NCBI GenBank assembly: GCA_964485625.1
Contig: CAZAJM010000001.1
Span: 29,803 to 93,802, forward strand
Source of the DNA: an uncultured Candidatus Saccharibacteria bacterium
GTDB lineage: Bacteria; Patescibacteriota; UBA1384; JAGGWG01; CAZAJM01
Reading direction: 5' to 3'
DNA: 64,000 bases
Numbering within the stretch: position 1 is the first letter of the stretch; every line of letters starts with the position of its first letter. Position numbers and translations under genes: made by a program. Shown here piece after piece: positions 8,949-19,079 of this stretch. The notes under the pieces are model-generated. The model ran no database searches. It saw nothing but the letters and a program-made list of their open reading frames with translations, and had not been told where the DNA came from.

Positions 8949-11900
8949 ATGAGAAATAGATTAAAATCTTTTCTTTTTCTGTGCGGCTTTTTCCTTGTCT
9001 TAGTCGCTGCTTACTTTATTTTCCCCTTATTTACGACCGCCGATGCAGGGGAGGATATTACGATCTCTACAGATACTACCTGGTCAGCCGGTGAGTATAC
9101 CTATCAGGATATAACTATTACTAATAATGCTACGCTAACCTTAGAGGCAGATACAGGTACGGATACAGGTGTAACAATAAATGCCCGTAATATTAATATT
9201 GAGTCGGGTTCTTCAATTTCTGCTGACAGCCAAGGTTATCCAGCTGTGTCTGGTACTGCACCAGGTACAACTTGGATTGGCCGAGGAGGTGGAGGAGCTT
9301 ATGGAGGTAACGGTGGTAATGCTAGTATTGTTTCAGGTGATTCTGGTTTAGGTGGGATTAGTTTTGGCTCAAATTTTAACCCCAACTCTTTAGGTTCGGG
9401 TGGCGGCAGAGACCCCGAAGGCGGTAGTGGGGGTGGATTAATAAAGTTAGATCTTTCGGGGGACCTTTCAGTTGAAGGAATATTATCTGCTGATGGAGGT
9501 GACGGTACTCATGGTAGAGCAGGTGGCGGATCAGGTGGTGGAATTTATATTAAAGCAGATGAAGTTATTGGCGGGGGAGATATTTCTGCCAATGGCGGTT
9601 CATCTCCTGCTTCTGGCGGTGGTGGTGGAGGCGGGCGAATAGCTATCTATTATTCTTCCGGTCTTACTCTTGCCTCGGAAAATATCATTGTAGGTGGTGG
9701 CTCTGGGGGCGGTGACAGTGACAGAGATGGTCAGGCGGGTTCGATTTTTATTTTTGATAGTTCATCGAGAAACCTTACTGTTGATGAAGATTTAAGTTTG
9801 ACAACTAACTGGGGTTTTGATGAGAGTGGTAACCCCACTAGCGATGGTGAGTATAATCTAAATAATTTGACAGTAACTAATAATTCAACCTTAATTCTTG
9901 AGGGCTATCACACTGATGATTCTGATGGTGTGGGAGTTACAATCAATTTGGATGGCGATCTTGATGTAGATTCTGGCTCAACAATATCTGCTGACGAACA
10001 AGGCTATTCTGCTGAATATGGTCCTGGCAAAGGCCAGACTGATTCTGGTAGAAATGGCGGTGCTGGTTATGGCGGTGATGGTCAACATTGGAGATATGGA
10101 GATATTGGTGTTGGTACAGCTGGTATTAGTTACGGTAATACCATGATGCCCAATGATTTAGGATCTGGTGGTGGCGGAGTTGGTTATGGCGGAGATGGAG
10201 GTGGAATGGTTAAAATATTGGCTGAAGGTAGTGTTGATATTAATGGTACTATGTCTGCTAATGGCGGAAATGGGAGTTATTATAGTGGGTCAAGAGGTGG
10301 TGGTGGGAGTGGCGGCACAGTTTTCATAAGAGCTGATAGTGTCACGGGCAACGGATCGATCGAAGCTGATGGTGGTAATGGTGAGGCAGGAGGTTTTTCA
10401 GGTGGTGGTTCTGGAGGTCGAGTGGCGATATATTCTGCTACGATATCTATAAATTCGGCTAATATTAGTGCTGATGCAGGCACAAACAACGAAGGTACTC
10501 CAGCTGAGGATGGCACAATTTTCCTTTACAACACAACCACAGGTGATGTAACAGTAGAGAACGACGTTACTTTTAGTGGTGATCAAGGCGTTAATCGAGA
10601 TGGTACTTCCAGAACAGATGGCGTTTACTATTTTAATAACTTAACAATTTCAGATAGCTCAACAGTGACCCTTGAGAGCTACTTTACTGATAGTAGTGAT
10701 GGCAGAGGTGTGACAATAAACTTGGACGGTGATCTCACCCTGGGAGCTGGCTCTACTATTACTGCCTCGGGTCAAGGTTATACGGCTGGCTATGGCCAAG
10801 GGAAAGGCAACTGGGCTGGCGGTCTCCAGAGTGGATCGGGAGGTAGTTATGGAGGCGAAGGTGGATTTTCAGAACCTGCCGGCAATCCTACAAGTCCCGG
10901 TACTGTTTATGGTGAAAATCAAAAATATTATCCTTACTTTTTAGGTTCTCCAGGGGGCAGTACTCATGGGGCTGATGGTAATGCTGCTACTGGCGGAGGG
11001 GCAATCGCTATTAGAGCTTTAGGAGATATAGTTATTAATGGAGATATTAAGGCTAATGGAGAAGGGGGGGTAAATGGAACTTCAAATTATGGTGGTGGTG
11101 GTGGAAGCGGTGGAAGTATTTTTATGTCGGCTAACAATTTTAGTGGTAGTGGTAATATTCAAGCTAACGGTGGGGGTTTAGGGGTTGGCAATGGGTTTAG
11201 AGCTGGAGGCGGAGGTGGTGGCAGGATATCTATTGCCTACTTTGATAGTTTTACAATAGATGATAATAATGTTATTGCTACGGGGGGAAGTGGAGATGGT
11301 AGTGATAGAGATGGTAGTGACGGAACAGTCTATATCAGAAAGATGGAACTTCCTGAGGCTGATTTTAATCTCAAAAATCCAAATAATAACTCAACACAAT
11401 ATACTAATAGTAGGAATGTAAATATTGAGCCGGAGGACGAAGATGCTGATGAGTACTATGAATCTAGTAATGGTGATCCAACCCCAGCTTTCTATATATC
11501 AGGTTGGCATAAAGTAAGCGAAGGCAAGCAGCTGGATTCAGCTGAAGGAACAAAACAAGTAAGGGCTTGGATTAAAGACTCAAATGCTTTGATTTCATCT
11601 AGTGTTGGCACAGCCAATATTGTTCTTGATCAGACTAAACCAACTATCAACCTATCTACTAAGAACTCTTCTACCGCTAACAGCAAGATTAAGATTAAAG
11701 GTGTAATTTATGATCAGCTTTCAGGGGCCGACTATATTCAGATAAACGGCACCTCTCATAGTTTAAGTACTAATAATTTTTGCTTGATGATGAGTGGTCG
11801 GGAGAATGGATCAGGCAATACTGCCACAGATCAATCTTTTGAAGCGGATGTTAGTTTAGCCAACGGTTTAAATACTTTCACTTTAATTGCTTTTGATCGA

Positions 11901-12500
11901 GCTGGTAATAGCCAGATGGCTAGCTTAGAAATTACTAAGGAGGAGGGTTCTCAAGACAGTGATCAGGACCCCTGGTCTGATGTTCCAGAGTATATTGGTG
12001 GAGATGAGGCTGAAGATGATGAAATTGATTCTAATGGTGATAAACAGAATGAGGATGTTGATGTTGGCATTGTTGATTTGGATAAAATAGAGGAAGACTA
12101 TGATGAAGATTTTGATTACGATGAAGATGGGAATAAGCTTATATTTAATAATAGAAATCCTGTTATTAGAGGTAATTCTGATCCGGAAGCAGAGATAGTG
12201 CTAGTTATTGATGGCCAAGAACATAGAACTAGTGCTGATAGTGAGGGCAATTGGTCTTACCAATTTAGCAATCTTGAAGTTGGTGAGTATAGTTTAAATA
12301 TTAGTGAATATACTAAGGAGGGGGAGCTAGTAAGATCTCAAGACTATATTTTAGAAATTAAAGATCAAGATCAGCAAGATAAGAGTATCTTCTATAGTTA
12401 CTGGTGGCTCTGGTTAATAATTTTAGCAATTATTGTTACCATTATATATTACTATCTAAAAAAGAAAGATAATTTTGGAGATAGCAGTACTAGTAATTAG
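8949..12500 (+). CDS. Giant (1183 aa) secreted, C-terminally membrane-anchored, Gly-rich beta-helix-like surface protein with three internal ~270-aa repeats
   Basis: N-terminal signal peptide. The module ...GVTINLDGDL..GSTISA..QGY...GGGGSGG...GGRIAIYYS is repeated three times, approximately nt 9100-9700, 9900-10450 and 10690-11250. D/E-rich spacer, then a C-terminal TM (WWLWLIILAIIVTIIYYYLKKK). Confidence 0.8.
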   Translation: MRNRLKSFLFLCGFFLVLVAAYFIFPLFTTADAGEDITISTDTTWSAGEYTYQDITITNNATLTLEADTGTDTGVTINARNINIESGSSISADSQGYPAVSGTAPGTTWIGRGGGGAYGGNGGNASIVSGDSGLGGISFGSNFNPNSLGSGGGRDPEGGSGGGLIKLDLSGDLSVEGILSADGGDGTHGRAGGGSGGGIYIKADEVIGGGDISANGGSSPASGGGGGGGRIAIYYSSGLTLASENIIVGGGSGGGDSDRDGQAGSIFIFDSSSRNLTVDEDLSLTTNWGFDESGNPTSDGEYNLNNLTVTNNSTLILEGYHTDDSDGVGVTINLDGDLDVDSGSTISADEQGYSAEYGPGKGQTDSGRNGGAGYGGDGQHWRYGDIGVGTAGISYGNTMMPNDLGSGGGGVGYGGDGGGMVKILAEGSVDINGTMSANGGNGSYYSGSRGGGGSGGTVFIRADSVTGNGSIEADGGNGEAGGFSGGGSGGRVAIYSATISINSANISADAGTNNEGTPAEDGTIFLYNTTTGDVTVENDVTFSGDQGVNRDGTSRTDGVYYFNNLTISDSSTVTLESYFTDSSDGRGVTINLDGDLTLGAGSTITASGQGYTAGYGQGKGNWAGGLQSGSGGSYGGEGGFSEPAGNPTSPGTVYGENQKYYPYFLGSPGGSTHGADGNAATGGGAIAIRALGDIVINGDIKANGEGGVNGTSNYGGGGGSGGSIFMSANNFSGSGNIQANGGGLGVGNGFRAGGGGGGRISIAYFDSFTIDDNNVIATGGSGDGSDRDGSDGTVYIRKMELPEADFNLKNPNNNSTQYTNSRNVNIEPEDEDADEYYESSNGDPTPAFYISGWHKVSEGKQLDSAEGTKQVRAWIKDSNALISSSVGTANIVLDQTKPTINLSTKNSSTANSKIKIKGVIYDQLSGADYIQINGTSHSLSTNNFCLMMSGRENGSGNTATDQSFEADVSLANGLNTFTLIAFDRAGNSQMASLEITKEEGSQDSDQDPWSDVPEYIGGDEAEDDEIDSNGDKQNEDVDVGIVDLDKIEEDYDEDFDYDEDGNKLIFNNRNPVIRGNSDPEAEIVLVIDGQEHRTSADSEGNWSYQFSNLEVGEYSLNISEYTKEGELVRSQDYILEIKDQDQQDKSIFYSYWWLWLIILAIIVTIIYYYLKKKDNFGDSSTSN

Positions 12501-12960
12501 CCTGTTAATGATGGTATCCGGCTTTGCCGGTGTTATATTGCCGTTTTTACCTGACATGCTTCTTATCTTCGCCGGGGCCCTAACCTACGCTCTATTCAAT
12601 GGTTTTTCGGTTATAACCCCTACTGTGTTGTTAGTTATTGCTGGGCTGACGATCTTCTCTTTTCTAGTTGATATTATCTCCTCTACTTTAGGGGCCAAGA
12701 CTCAACAAGCAAGTAAATATGGCCAGTTTGGTGCTGTTATTGGGGCAGTTATTGGTATCTTTACATCAGGATTTCTGGGTATTATTCTAGGTCCAGTTTT
12801 GGGAGTTATTTTGTTTGAGATGATCTTTGCTAAGAAGAAGTTTGACCGGGCTTTTCAAGCAGGTTTGGGTTCATTAGTGGGCTTTATTTTTGGCTCCCTC
12901 TTAAAGCTGATTATTGCTGGCTTTACCATAGCTTGGTTTGTTAAATTGGTATTATTTTAG
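12475..12960 (+). CDS. DUF456-like small polytopic membrane protein
   Basis: MEIAVLVISLLMMVSGFAGVILPFLPDMLL resembles the DUF456 N-terminus. Four TM helices. The true start may be the internal Met near 12508, because the ORF start overlaps the preceding gene. Confidence 0.5.
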   Translation: MEIAVLVISLLMMVSGFAGVILPFLPDMLLIFAGALTYALFNGFSVITPTVLLVIAGLTIFSFLVDIISSTLGAKTQQASKYGQFGAVIGAVIGIFTSGFLGIILGPVLGVILFEMIFAKKKFDRAFQAGLGSLVGFIFGSLLKLIIAGFTIAWFVKLVLF

Positions 12961-12984
12961 AATATTGGCTATAATAGGCCTAGT

Positions 12985-15009
12985 ATGGAGGGGGTAGTAA
13001 ATAATATTCCAAAGTATTTTTTCCTAGCACTGCTGGTAGTTTTTCTTCTGCCGGTTTTTTGTTTAGCCGGAGAGAAGAGCTTGGTTATTAACGAGGTTTA
13101 TTATGATACCATCGGCATAGATAGCAAGGAAGAGTTTGTAGAGATATATAACCAAACCGGAGAGGTTGTAGATCTGAACAACTGGAGACTTGAAGATAAT
13201 TCTAATAGTGGTAGATATGTTTTTGAAGACATATCTATACCAGGTGAGGGTTTTCTTATTTTGGCCAGAGATAGGGCGGGCTTTCAAGAGCTATTTAATT
13301 TTGATCCTGATCTAGCCAATCTAAAGATAAATTTAAATAATAGTGGAGACTATCTAGAACTATACAACCCAGATAATAATCTTGTTGATAAGATAAGCTG
13401 GGAGTTAAAGGAAGATGATCCAAGTGCTAAGACGGGAGAGAGTATAGAGAGATCACCGGCCGGTTCGGATAATATTACTATCAGTGTCCAGCCTACTCCA
13501 GGTCTTGGTCTGATTTCACCCCCAAAGATCAAAGATATTAAGGTTAGTCAGGAAGTAGCGGAGATAGATTATTATGCTCCAAATTCAGCAGAATTTGACC
13601 GTCTTGAAGTCTATCTTGATGATGGTAGTGGTTTTAAATTAGAGAAGAGTTATTTAAGTCAGCCAAATAGAATAATTATCGATAATTTAGAACTAGCTAG
13701 TAACTATATTGTTAAGATTAATCTAGTGTTAATCTACCAATCAAAAGAGTATGGTTTTGAATCCCAACCCAAACAGTTTAAAACAGATTTTGACTACAGT
13801 GATCAAGTAGTAATTAGTGAGCTCTACCCTAATCCAGAAGAGGGGGAGGAAGAATTTATTGAGCTATATAACAGTTCGAGCAGGACCGTAAGTCTAGATG
13901 GCTGGAGTCTAGAAGATAATGCTAAGTCCTATTATCTAGATGGCCATAAAATTGCTCCGGGAGAGTATTATTTATTAACTAAATCTCAAACCGGTATAAG
14001 CTTAAATAATAGTGGGGACAAGCTGAGCCTTATTTATCCGGATGGCTCAATTAGTGATCAGACAGAGTACCAGTTAATTGATAGAGGCATTTCGTGGTCG
14101 AGAAATGCAAAAAATAGTTTCTCTAAGACCTCAAAACCGACGCCTGGCACAGAAAATATTTATTCTAACCTTGAGCAGAACGAAGAAAGACCTATCTTAG
14201 ACTTAACAATTGCTCAGTCTCTAAAAGTAGATGATGGTCGGTTGGTTAGAATTAGAGGAAAGTTAAGTGTTAGTAGAAATGTTTTTGGCAAGCAGTACCT
14301 ATATCTCCAGGATAATACGGCGGGCATCCAGCTATATAACTATCATGGTCGGTGGCCTAAACTTAAGCTGGGAGATAAAATTGAGGTTATTGGAGAGCTA
14401 TCAAGCGTCCGCGGTGAGCGAAGAATTAAGATTACAAGTATTGATAATATCAGTATTATTGGCAGAAATAACAAGATTAGGCCTTGTCGACTTAATTGGT
14501 CTAACCCAGACCGACAGATTGGCAAACTAGTTAGAACCAAAGCAGAAGTCTCCGGGTCAGCAGGCAGCACATTCTATTTAGCCAATAAAAATCATGAGAT
14601 AAAAGTATATATCAAAGGCTCAACCGGAATCAATAAGCCAAAAACCTACAAAGGCAGTTTAGTGGAAGTTGTAGGCATTCTTACTAAGACAAGTGTCGGA
14701 TACAAGATTCTGCCAAGAAAGAATATGGACATTACTCTTATCCAGAGCCCAGCTGATCAGGCAACAAGTGACAAATATAGTTTAGCTTCGTACTCTAAGA
14801 ATGGTGAAGCTGTAAGTCTTGCTAATAAGGCTAGTCCTCGGGTTGCTGGGAGTATAGATATGCCCAACCCGGTCGACTATAGAGATAAATTTAATAACAA
14901 TAGCCAAGCTAAACAATTCCAATTTGCCTATCTTTTGATTGCCTTTGGCTTGCTTGGCCTATTTGGTCTGGGAGGATATAGCTACTTAGAGCAGTATCTT
15001 GAAATCTAA
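12985..15009 (+). CDS. Lamin-tail-domain (LTD) protein with two LTDs, an OB-fold-like domain and a C-terminal TM anchor
   Basis: Two copies of the LTD signature (LVINEVYYD...EFVEIYN...DLNNWRLED and VVISELYPNP...EFIELYN...LDGWSLED). Signal peptide. C-terminal hydrophobic anchor. Confidence 0.8.
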   Translation: MEGVVNNIPKYFFLALLVVFLLPVFCLAGEKSLVINEVYYDTIGIDSKEEFVEIYNQTGEVVDLNNWRLEDNSNSGRYVFEDISIPGEGFLILARDRAGFQELFNFDPDLANLKINLNNSGDYLELYNPDNNLVDKISWELKEDDPSAKTGESIERSPAGSDNITISVQPTPGLGLISPPKIKDIKVSQEVAEIDYYAPNSAEFDRLEVYLDDGSGFKLEKSYLSQPNRIIIDNLELASNYIVKINLVLIYQSKEYGFESQPKQFKTDFDYSDQVVISELYPNPEEGEEEFIELYNSSSRTVSLDGWSLEDNAKSYYLDGHKIAPGEYYLLTKSQTGISLNNSGDKLSLIYPDGSISDQTEYQLIDRGISWSRNAKNSFSKTSKPTPGTENIYSNLEQNEERPILDLTIAQSLKVDDGRLVRIRGKLSVSRNVFGKQYLYLQDNTAGIQLYNYHGRWPKLKLGDKIEVIGELSSVRGERRIKITSIDNISIIGRNNKIRPCRLNWSNPDRQIGKLVRTKAEVSGSAGSTFYLANKNHEIKVYIKGSTGINKPKTYKGSLVEVVGILTKTSVGYKILPRKNMDITLIQSPADQATSDKYSLASYSKNGEAVSLANKASPRVAGSIDMPNPVDYRDKFNNNSQAKQFQFAYLLIAFGLLGLFGLGGYSYLEQYLEI

Positions 15010-15469
15010 GTTGTTTGCCAGTATAGTTGAGGCCAATATGGATAAAATAATTACTGGTAGCAACCTGGAAACTAAAAATTTTGCCAAGAAGCTGGCCCCT
15101 AGTTTAAAGGGTGGTAGTTTGGTCTGTCTCTATGGCGACTTAGGTGCCGGCAAGACAGTATTTGCCAAAGGCATTGCCCAGGCTTTAGGGATAGAAGAGG
15201 AAGTCAACAGTCCCAGCTATACTATCTTGAAGATATACAGACTTAAAGAAAAAAAGTTCGACTTAGCTCATTTTGATTTCTACCGCTTAAAAGACCACGA
15301 GCTTAACTACCCTCCAGCTGATCTTCAAGATTATCTAACTAAAGATTATCTGGTTCTGATAGAATGGCCTGAGAGGGTTGAGAAATTTCTGCCCAAAAGC
15401 AAAGGTAGAGTTAATATTGTTATTAAAAATATTGGTGATAATAAAAGGGAGCTAAAGTTTAAAAAATGA
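14999..15469 (+). CDS. tsaE: tRNA threonylcarbamoyladenosine biosynthesis ATPase TsaE
   Basis: LYGDLGAGKTVFAKGIAQALGI...NSPSYTI is the TsaE/YjeE signature. 156 aa. Confidence 0.85.
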   Translation: MKSKLFASIVEANMDKIITGSNLETKNFAKKLAPSLKGGSLVCLYGDLGAGKTVFAKGIAQALGIEEEVNSPSYTILKIYRLKEKKFDLAHFDFYRLKDHELNYPPADLQDYLTKDYLVLIEWPERVEKFLPKSKGRVNIVIKNIGDNKRELKFKK

Positions 15470-15894
15470 AATTAGCAATAGATACTAGTAGTAAGGATAG
15501 TCAGATAATATTACTTAATGAGAGTAACGAAGTTGTTGATCGGATTAATTGGTCTAAGAAGTCTAGTCAGTCAGAGTTGACTTTAAAGAATATCGATAAA
15601 ATTCTAAAAAACAGTCACTCCAGTATCTCTAAAATTAAGGCCATATTTGTTAATAAGGGACCTCTAACTGAGCCTGGCGAAGAAGCCTCATTTACAGGCC
15701 TAAAAATTGGAGTTACTGTGGCCAATAGTTTAGCTTTTTCTTTAAAAATACCTGTCTATGGTGTATCATTGTCTAGTCGGTCATTTTTAGATGAGATTAA
15801 AAATTTAAAAATAGATAGAACAAAAAATAAAGAGAAATATGTCCAACCGGTCTATCCCAAGGAGCCTAATATTCAGTTAAAAAATGAAAAGTAA
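15466..15894 (+). CDS. tsaB: TsaB-like (inactive Kae1/YeaZ homologue), short form
   Basis: MKLAIDTSS... then a GPLTEPGEEASFTGLKIGVTVANSLAF-type motif. Only 142 aa, so the C-terminal half of canonical TsaB is missing. Overlaps the tsaE stop. Confidence 0.65.
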   Translation: MKLAIDTSSKDSQIILLNESNEVVDRINWSKKSSQSELTLKNIDKILKNSHSSISKIKAIFVNKGPLTEPGEEASFTGLKIGVTVANSLAFSLKIPVYGVSLSSRSFLDEIKNLKIDRTKNKEKYVQPVYPKEPNIQLKNEK

Positions 15895-17254
15895 GAATAA
15901 AAAAGAAAAAAAGAAGAAGATTTTAAAGAAGACTAATCGTTCTAAGAGAGGATTTAAGAAGTCTTGGTGGAAGTACCTGATTGGGATACTTATTTTTGCT
16001 GTTATTGGCTACCTAGGTTACCAAGCCTGGGGTGTTTTTAATTCAATTTGGACAGAGAACAAGACGGGAGAGTCGCCATTTTTAAAGCTCTTTGGTAATG
16101 TCGAGGCAGGGGAGTTAAGAGGAGAAGGTGATGGGCGGATAAATATATTACTTCTAGGTATTCCTGGCGGTAACCATAATGGCAATACTCTTTCTGATAC
16201 AAATATTGTTGCCAGCATTGATCCGATTAATAACAAGGCGGCCATGCTCTCACTACCCAGGGATATGTGGGTTAACAACCCTGATACGGGCGGCTCCTCC
16301 AAATTAAATGCCATTCACGCTTACGGAGAGATGCAGGAAGAAGGCTATGGGCCTACTCTCTCTAAGAAAACCATCAGCGAAATTTTGGATATACCCCTCC
16401 ATTACTATATCAGAGCGGATTTTAGAGGAGTTGAAAAACTGATTGATGCCTTGGGTGGAATTGAAGTGGAGGTAGAGAAGGATATATATGATCCATATTT
16501 TCCTGATCAATACGGTACTGGCTACCAAGCCTACTCAATTGAAGAGGGGACCCATAAATTATCAGGACCAGAGACTCTAAAGTTTACCCGTTCTCGCTAC
16601 ACCACCTCTGATTTTGATCGAGCTGGACGTCAGCAACAAGTATTAATGGCGGCTAAGGATAAGATGAGTAAGCGTGAGCTATTTGTTCAACCAGAGAAAG
16701 TTTTAGATATATTAGGGATTGCTAAAGATCATCTTCGAACAGATTTGCAGCCTGATGAGATAAAAAGATTGATGACTATTGTTGAGCAGATAAATACCGA
16801 CGAAATTGTTTCAAAAGTGCTTGATAATTCTGCTAACGGTCTGCTCTACTCTAGTAGTATTAATGGTGCTTCTGTTCTGCTTCCTGTTGGCGATGACTTT
16901 ACTAGAATCCAGGCCCTAGCTCATCGAATATTTGTTGAGCCCTATCTAAAACAAGAAGATGCTAAAATTGAGATAAGAAACGGTACCACAACTGCCGGGC
17001 TAGCTACTCAGACAAGTGAGATTTTAACTGACTTTGGTTACAATATCAGCAAAGTGGATGATGCTAAGCAGAAGGACTATAGCCAAACGATAATTGTCGA
17101 CTATAGCCATGGTGACAAGCCCCATACTTTAGATTTACTGAAGAAAAGAATGGTTGGAGCCAAAACCATGACCGATGGATTTGCTAAAACAGAGGCCGAT
17201 ATTTTGATTGTTCTAGGTAGTGATTTTACTATTGACGAGCTATATCGGGATTAG
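15884..17254 (+). CDS. LytR-CpsA-Psr (LCP) family cell-envelope phosphotransferase with a LytR_C domain
   Basis: K-rich N-terminus plus TM. LCP core (DTNIVASIDP...SLPRDMWV, YYIRADFRGVEKLIDALGGIEV). A C-terminal LytR_C-like region. Confidence 0.85.
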   Translation: MKSKNKKEKKKKILKKTNRSKRGFKKSWWKYLIGILIFAVIGYLGYQAWGVFNSIWTENKTGESPFLKLFGNVEAGELRGEGDGRINILLLGIPGGNHNGNTLSDTNIVASIDPINNKAAMLSLPRDMWVNNPDTGGSSKLNAIHAYGEMQEEGYGPTLSKKTISEILDIPLHYYIRADFRGVEKLIDALGGIEVEVEKDIYDPYFPDQYGTGYQAYSIEEGTHKLSGPETLKFTRSRYTTSDFDRAGRQQQVLMAAKDKMSKRELFVQPEKVLDILGIAKDHLRTDLQPDEIKRLMTIVEQINTDEIVSKVLDNSANGLLYSSSINGASVLLPVGDDFTRIQALAHRIFVEPYLKQEDAKIEIRNGTTTAGLATQTSEILTDFGYNISKVDDAKQKDYSQTIIVDYSHGDKPHTLDLLKKRMVGAKTMTDGFAKTEADILIVLGSDFTIDELYRD

Positions 17255-17369
17255 TTAATTTGAAGCCAATAACAGAGACTATTATCCTGCCTAAACGTTA
17301 TTTGTTTTTCTATTATTTGTCTGATAAGATTAATCATATAATTTAGTCAAGAACAATAAACTATTAATA

Positions 17370-18437
17370 ATGGATAAAATCAAGAATTTTTTCAGTAGAT
17401 TAATATCAAAAGTTAAGAACTTTTTTAGAAGAAATAGATCCGAGTCAGCGGATAAAACCGACCAAGAATCCGATCTATCAGAGAGGTTCCAAGAGAATGA
17501 CAGCCAATCTGAAAAAACTGGTCCAAACTATGGCCGGATAGCGGTCTATGCTTTGGGAGTATTGGTTGGAGTATTTTTAGTAACTAGTGCCGTGTTCGCC
17601 GTTGGGATATATAGATACGATTGGGATAATCGACCAACAAATATTGCCAAGGAGACCTTTCCTTATCCGGCTGCCATGGTTGGACTTAAATCGATCACTA
17701 TAAATCAGGTTGAGCAAGAAGCCGACCGATTGGAACACTTTTTCTCCCAAACCGATCAAGGCCAAGAGGCTCCAGATGAAGCAGTGATGAAGAACCAGAT
17801 ACTGGAAAGGCTGATTGAAGGTCAGGTAGTAAAAAATTTGGCTCAAAAATATAGCGTTTCTGTTAGCAGCGACGAGGTGGATAAACAGTACCAAACAATA
17901 GCCGAGCAGAATGGAGGTGATGAAAAACTAGAGAAGCTTCTAAACGAGCTATATAATCTCACACCTGTCGAGTTTAAGGAATTAATTTTACGTCAACTAA
18001 GAATGGAGCAGTTAAAGCAGAAGTTTGATAACGAATTACGAAAGATGATCAAAGCAAGACATATTTTAGTTAAGGTTGATCAGGATGCTAATAAAAAGCA
18101 AGTTAATAAGGCGAGGAAAGAAGCAGAAGATATTTTAAAACGAGTTAACAAAGAAGGTACAGACTTTGCCAACATCGCCAAAAAGTTTAGCCAAGATAAG
18201 GCCTCAAAAGACGATGGTGGCCAACTACCTTGGTTTGGCAGAGGCGATATGGTGGAGAATTTTGAGGAAGCAGCTTTTAATATGGAGATTGGGGAGACTA
18301 GTGAGCTGGTAGAGAGCCAATATGGTTTTCATATAATCAAGTTAGAAGACAGAAGAGGTGAAATTGAGAAAGATTTTACCGGATGGATAGAGGAGATGAC
18401 AGAAAAGTGGTTTGTTCATAAGTTTATCGTTTTCTAA
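17370..18437 (+). CDS. Membrane-anchored parvulin-type peptidyl-prolyl cis-trans isomerase (PpiC/PrsA/SurA-like)
   Basis: ARHILVKV...GGQLPWFGRGDMVENFEEAAF...YGFHIIKLEDRR parvulin domain. N-terminal TM. Confidence 0.85.
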   Translation: MDKIKNFFSRLISKVKNFFRRNRSESADKTDQESDLSERFQENDSQSEKTGPNYGRIAVYALGVLVGVFLVTSAVFAVGIYRYDWDNRPTNIAKETFPYPAAMVGLKSITINQVEQEADRLEHFFSQTDQGQEAPDEAVMKNQILERLIEGQVVKNLAQKYSVSVSSDEVDKQYQTIAEQNGGDEKLEKLLNELYNLTPVEFKELILRQLRMEQLKQKFDNELRKMIKARHILVKVDQDANKKQVNKARKEAEDILKRVNKEGTDFANIAKKFSQDKASKDDGGQLPWFGRGDMVENFEEAAFNMEIGETSELVESQYGFHIIKLEDRRGEIEKDFTGWIEEMTEKWFVHKFIVF

Positions 18438-18447
18438 GAGCTAAGAT

Positions 18448-19071
18448 ATGAAGCAACAAACTAAAAAGGAGGTTTGGTACTGGCTAATTATTGGCATTGG
18501 CATTCTTTTGGTAATGACAATTGGCTATGGTGCTAAAAAAGATGCCAGTAACAAAAAATCAACCAATGACAAAGAAGATAGCTCTCAACAAGCTCAAGTT
18601 GATCAAGAAGAGGATATAGAGGAGGAAAATCAAAGCCATCCTGACCAAAGTGACGATACAGAAGCGATTGGTGGGGCGACTCAGGATAATTATCAGACCA
18701 ATCAATCCGGGGGGCAACTAGGTCAATCATGTCTACTCGATGATGTTGAGCTTAGCAGTAGTAGTAATCTTGATAAAATAAAAATTAATCTACTACCAGA
18801 GGATGAGACCAATCTGCCTAAGTGGCAAGCCAGTCAAGAGGATGACAAGATAAACCTATCTATAAGCGATACTAGCAACTATGATATTGTAACTGGTTCT
18901 AAGACCTACCAAGGAGATGATGTGATCAGAGGAGATCGAAGGGTAGAGAAAATAACTATCGATACTTCTAGTGGCGGTCAGGTTTCACTCAGGATTAATT
19001 TAGATCAAGGAAGAGCCTATCAAGTTAGTAAATCTACTAACCCGTTAAGATTAATTATCAAAATATATTAA
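18448..19071 (+). CDS. Hypothetical membrane-anchored acidic protein
   Basis: N-terminal TM, a D/E/Q-rich low-complexity region, and a C-terminal beta-rich domain. No motif. Confidence 0.45.
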   Translation: MKQQTKKEVWYWLIIGIGILLVMTIGYGAKKDASNKKSTNDKEDSSQQAQVDQEEDIEEENQSHPDQSDDTEAIGGATQDNYQTNQSGGQLGQSCLLDDVELSSSSNLDKIKINLLPEDETNLPKWQASQEDDKINLSISDTSNYDIVTGSKTYQGDDVIRGDRRVEKITIDTSSGGQVSLRINLDQGRAYQVSKSTNPLRLIIKIY

Positions 19072-19079
19072 TAAGCTAA

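Noticed and set aside
9240-11260. Repetitive Gly-codon tracts (GGTGGTGG...) considered as CRISPR or other non-coding tandem repeats
   Set aside because: They are in-frame within a single 3.5-kb ORF and are irregular in length and spacing. These are coding low-complexity repeats of a surface protein, not a CRISPR array.
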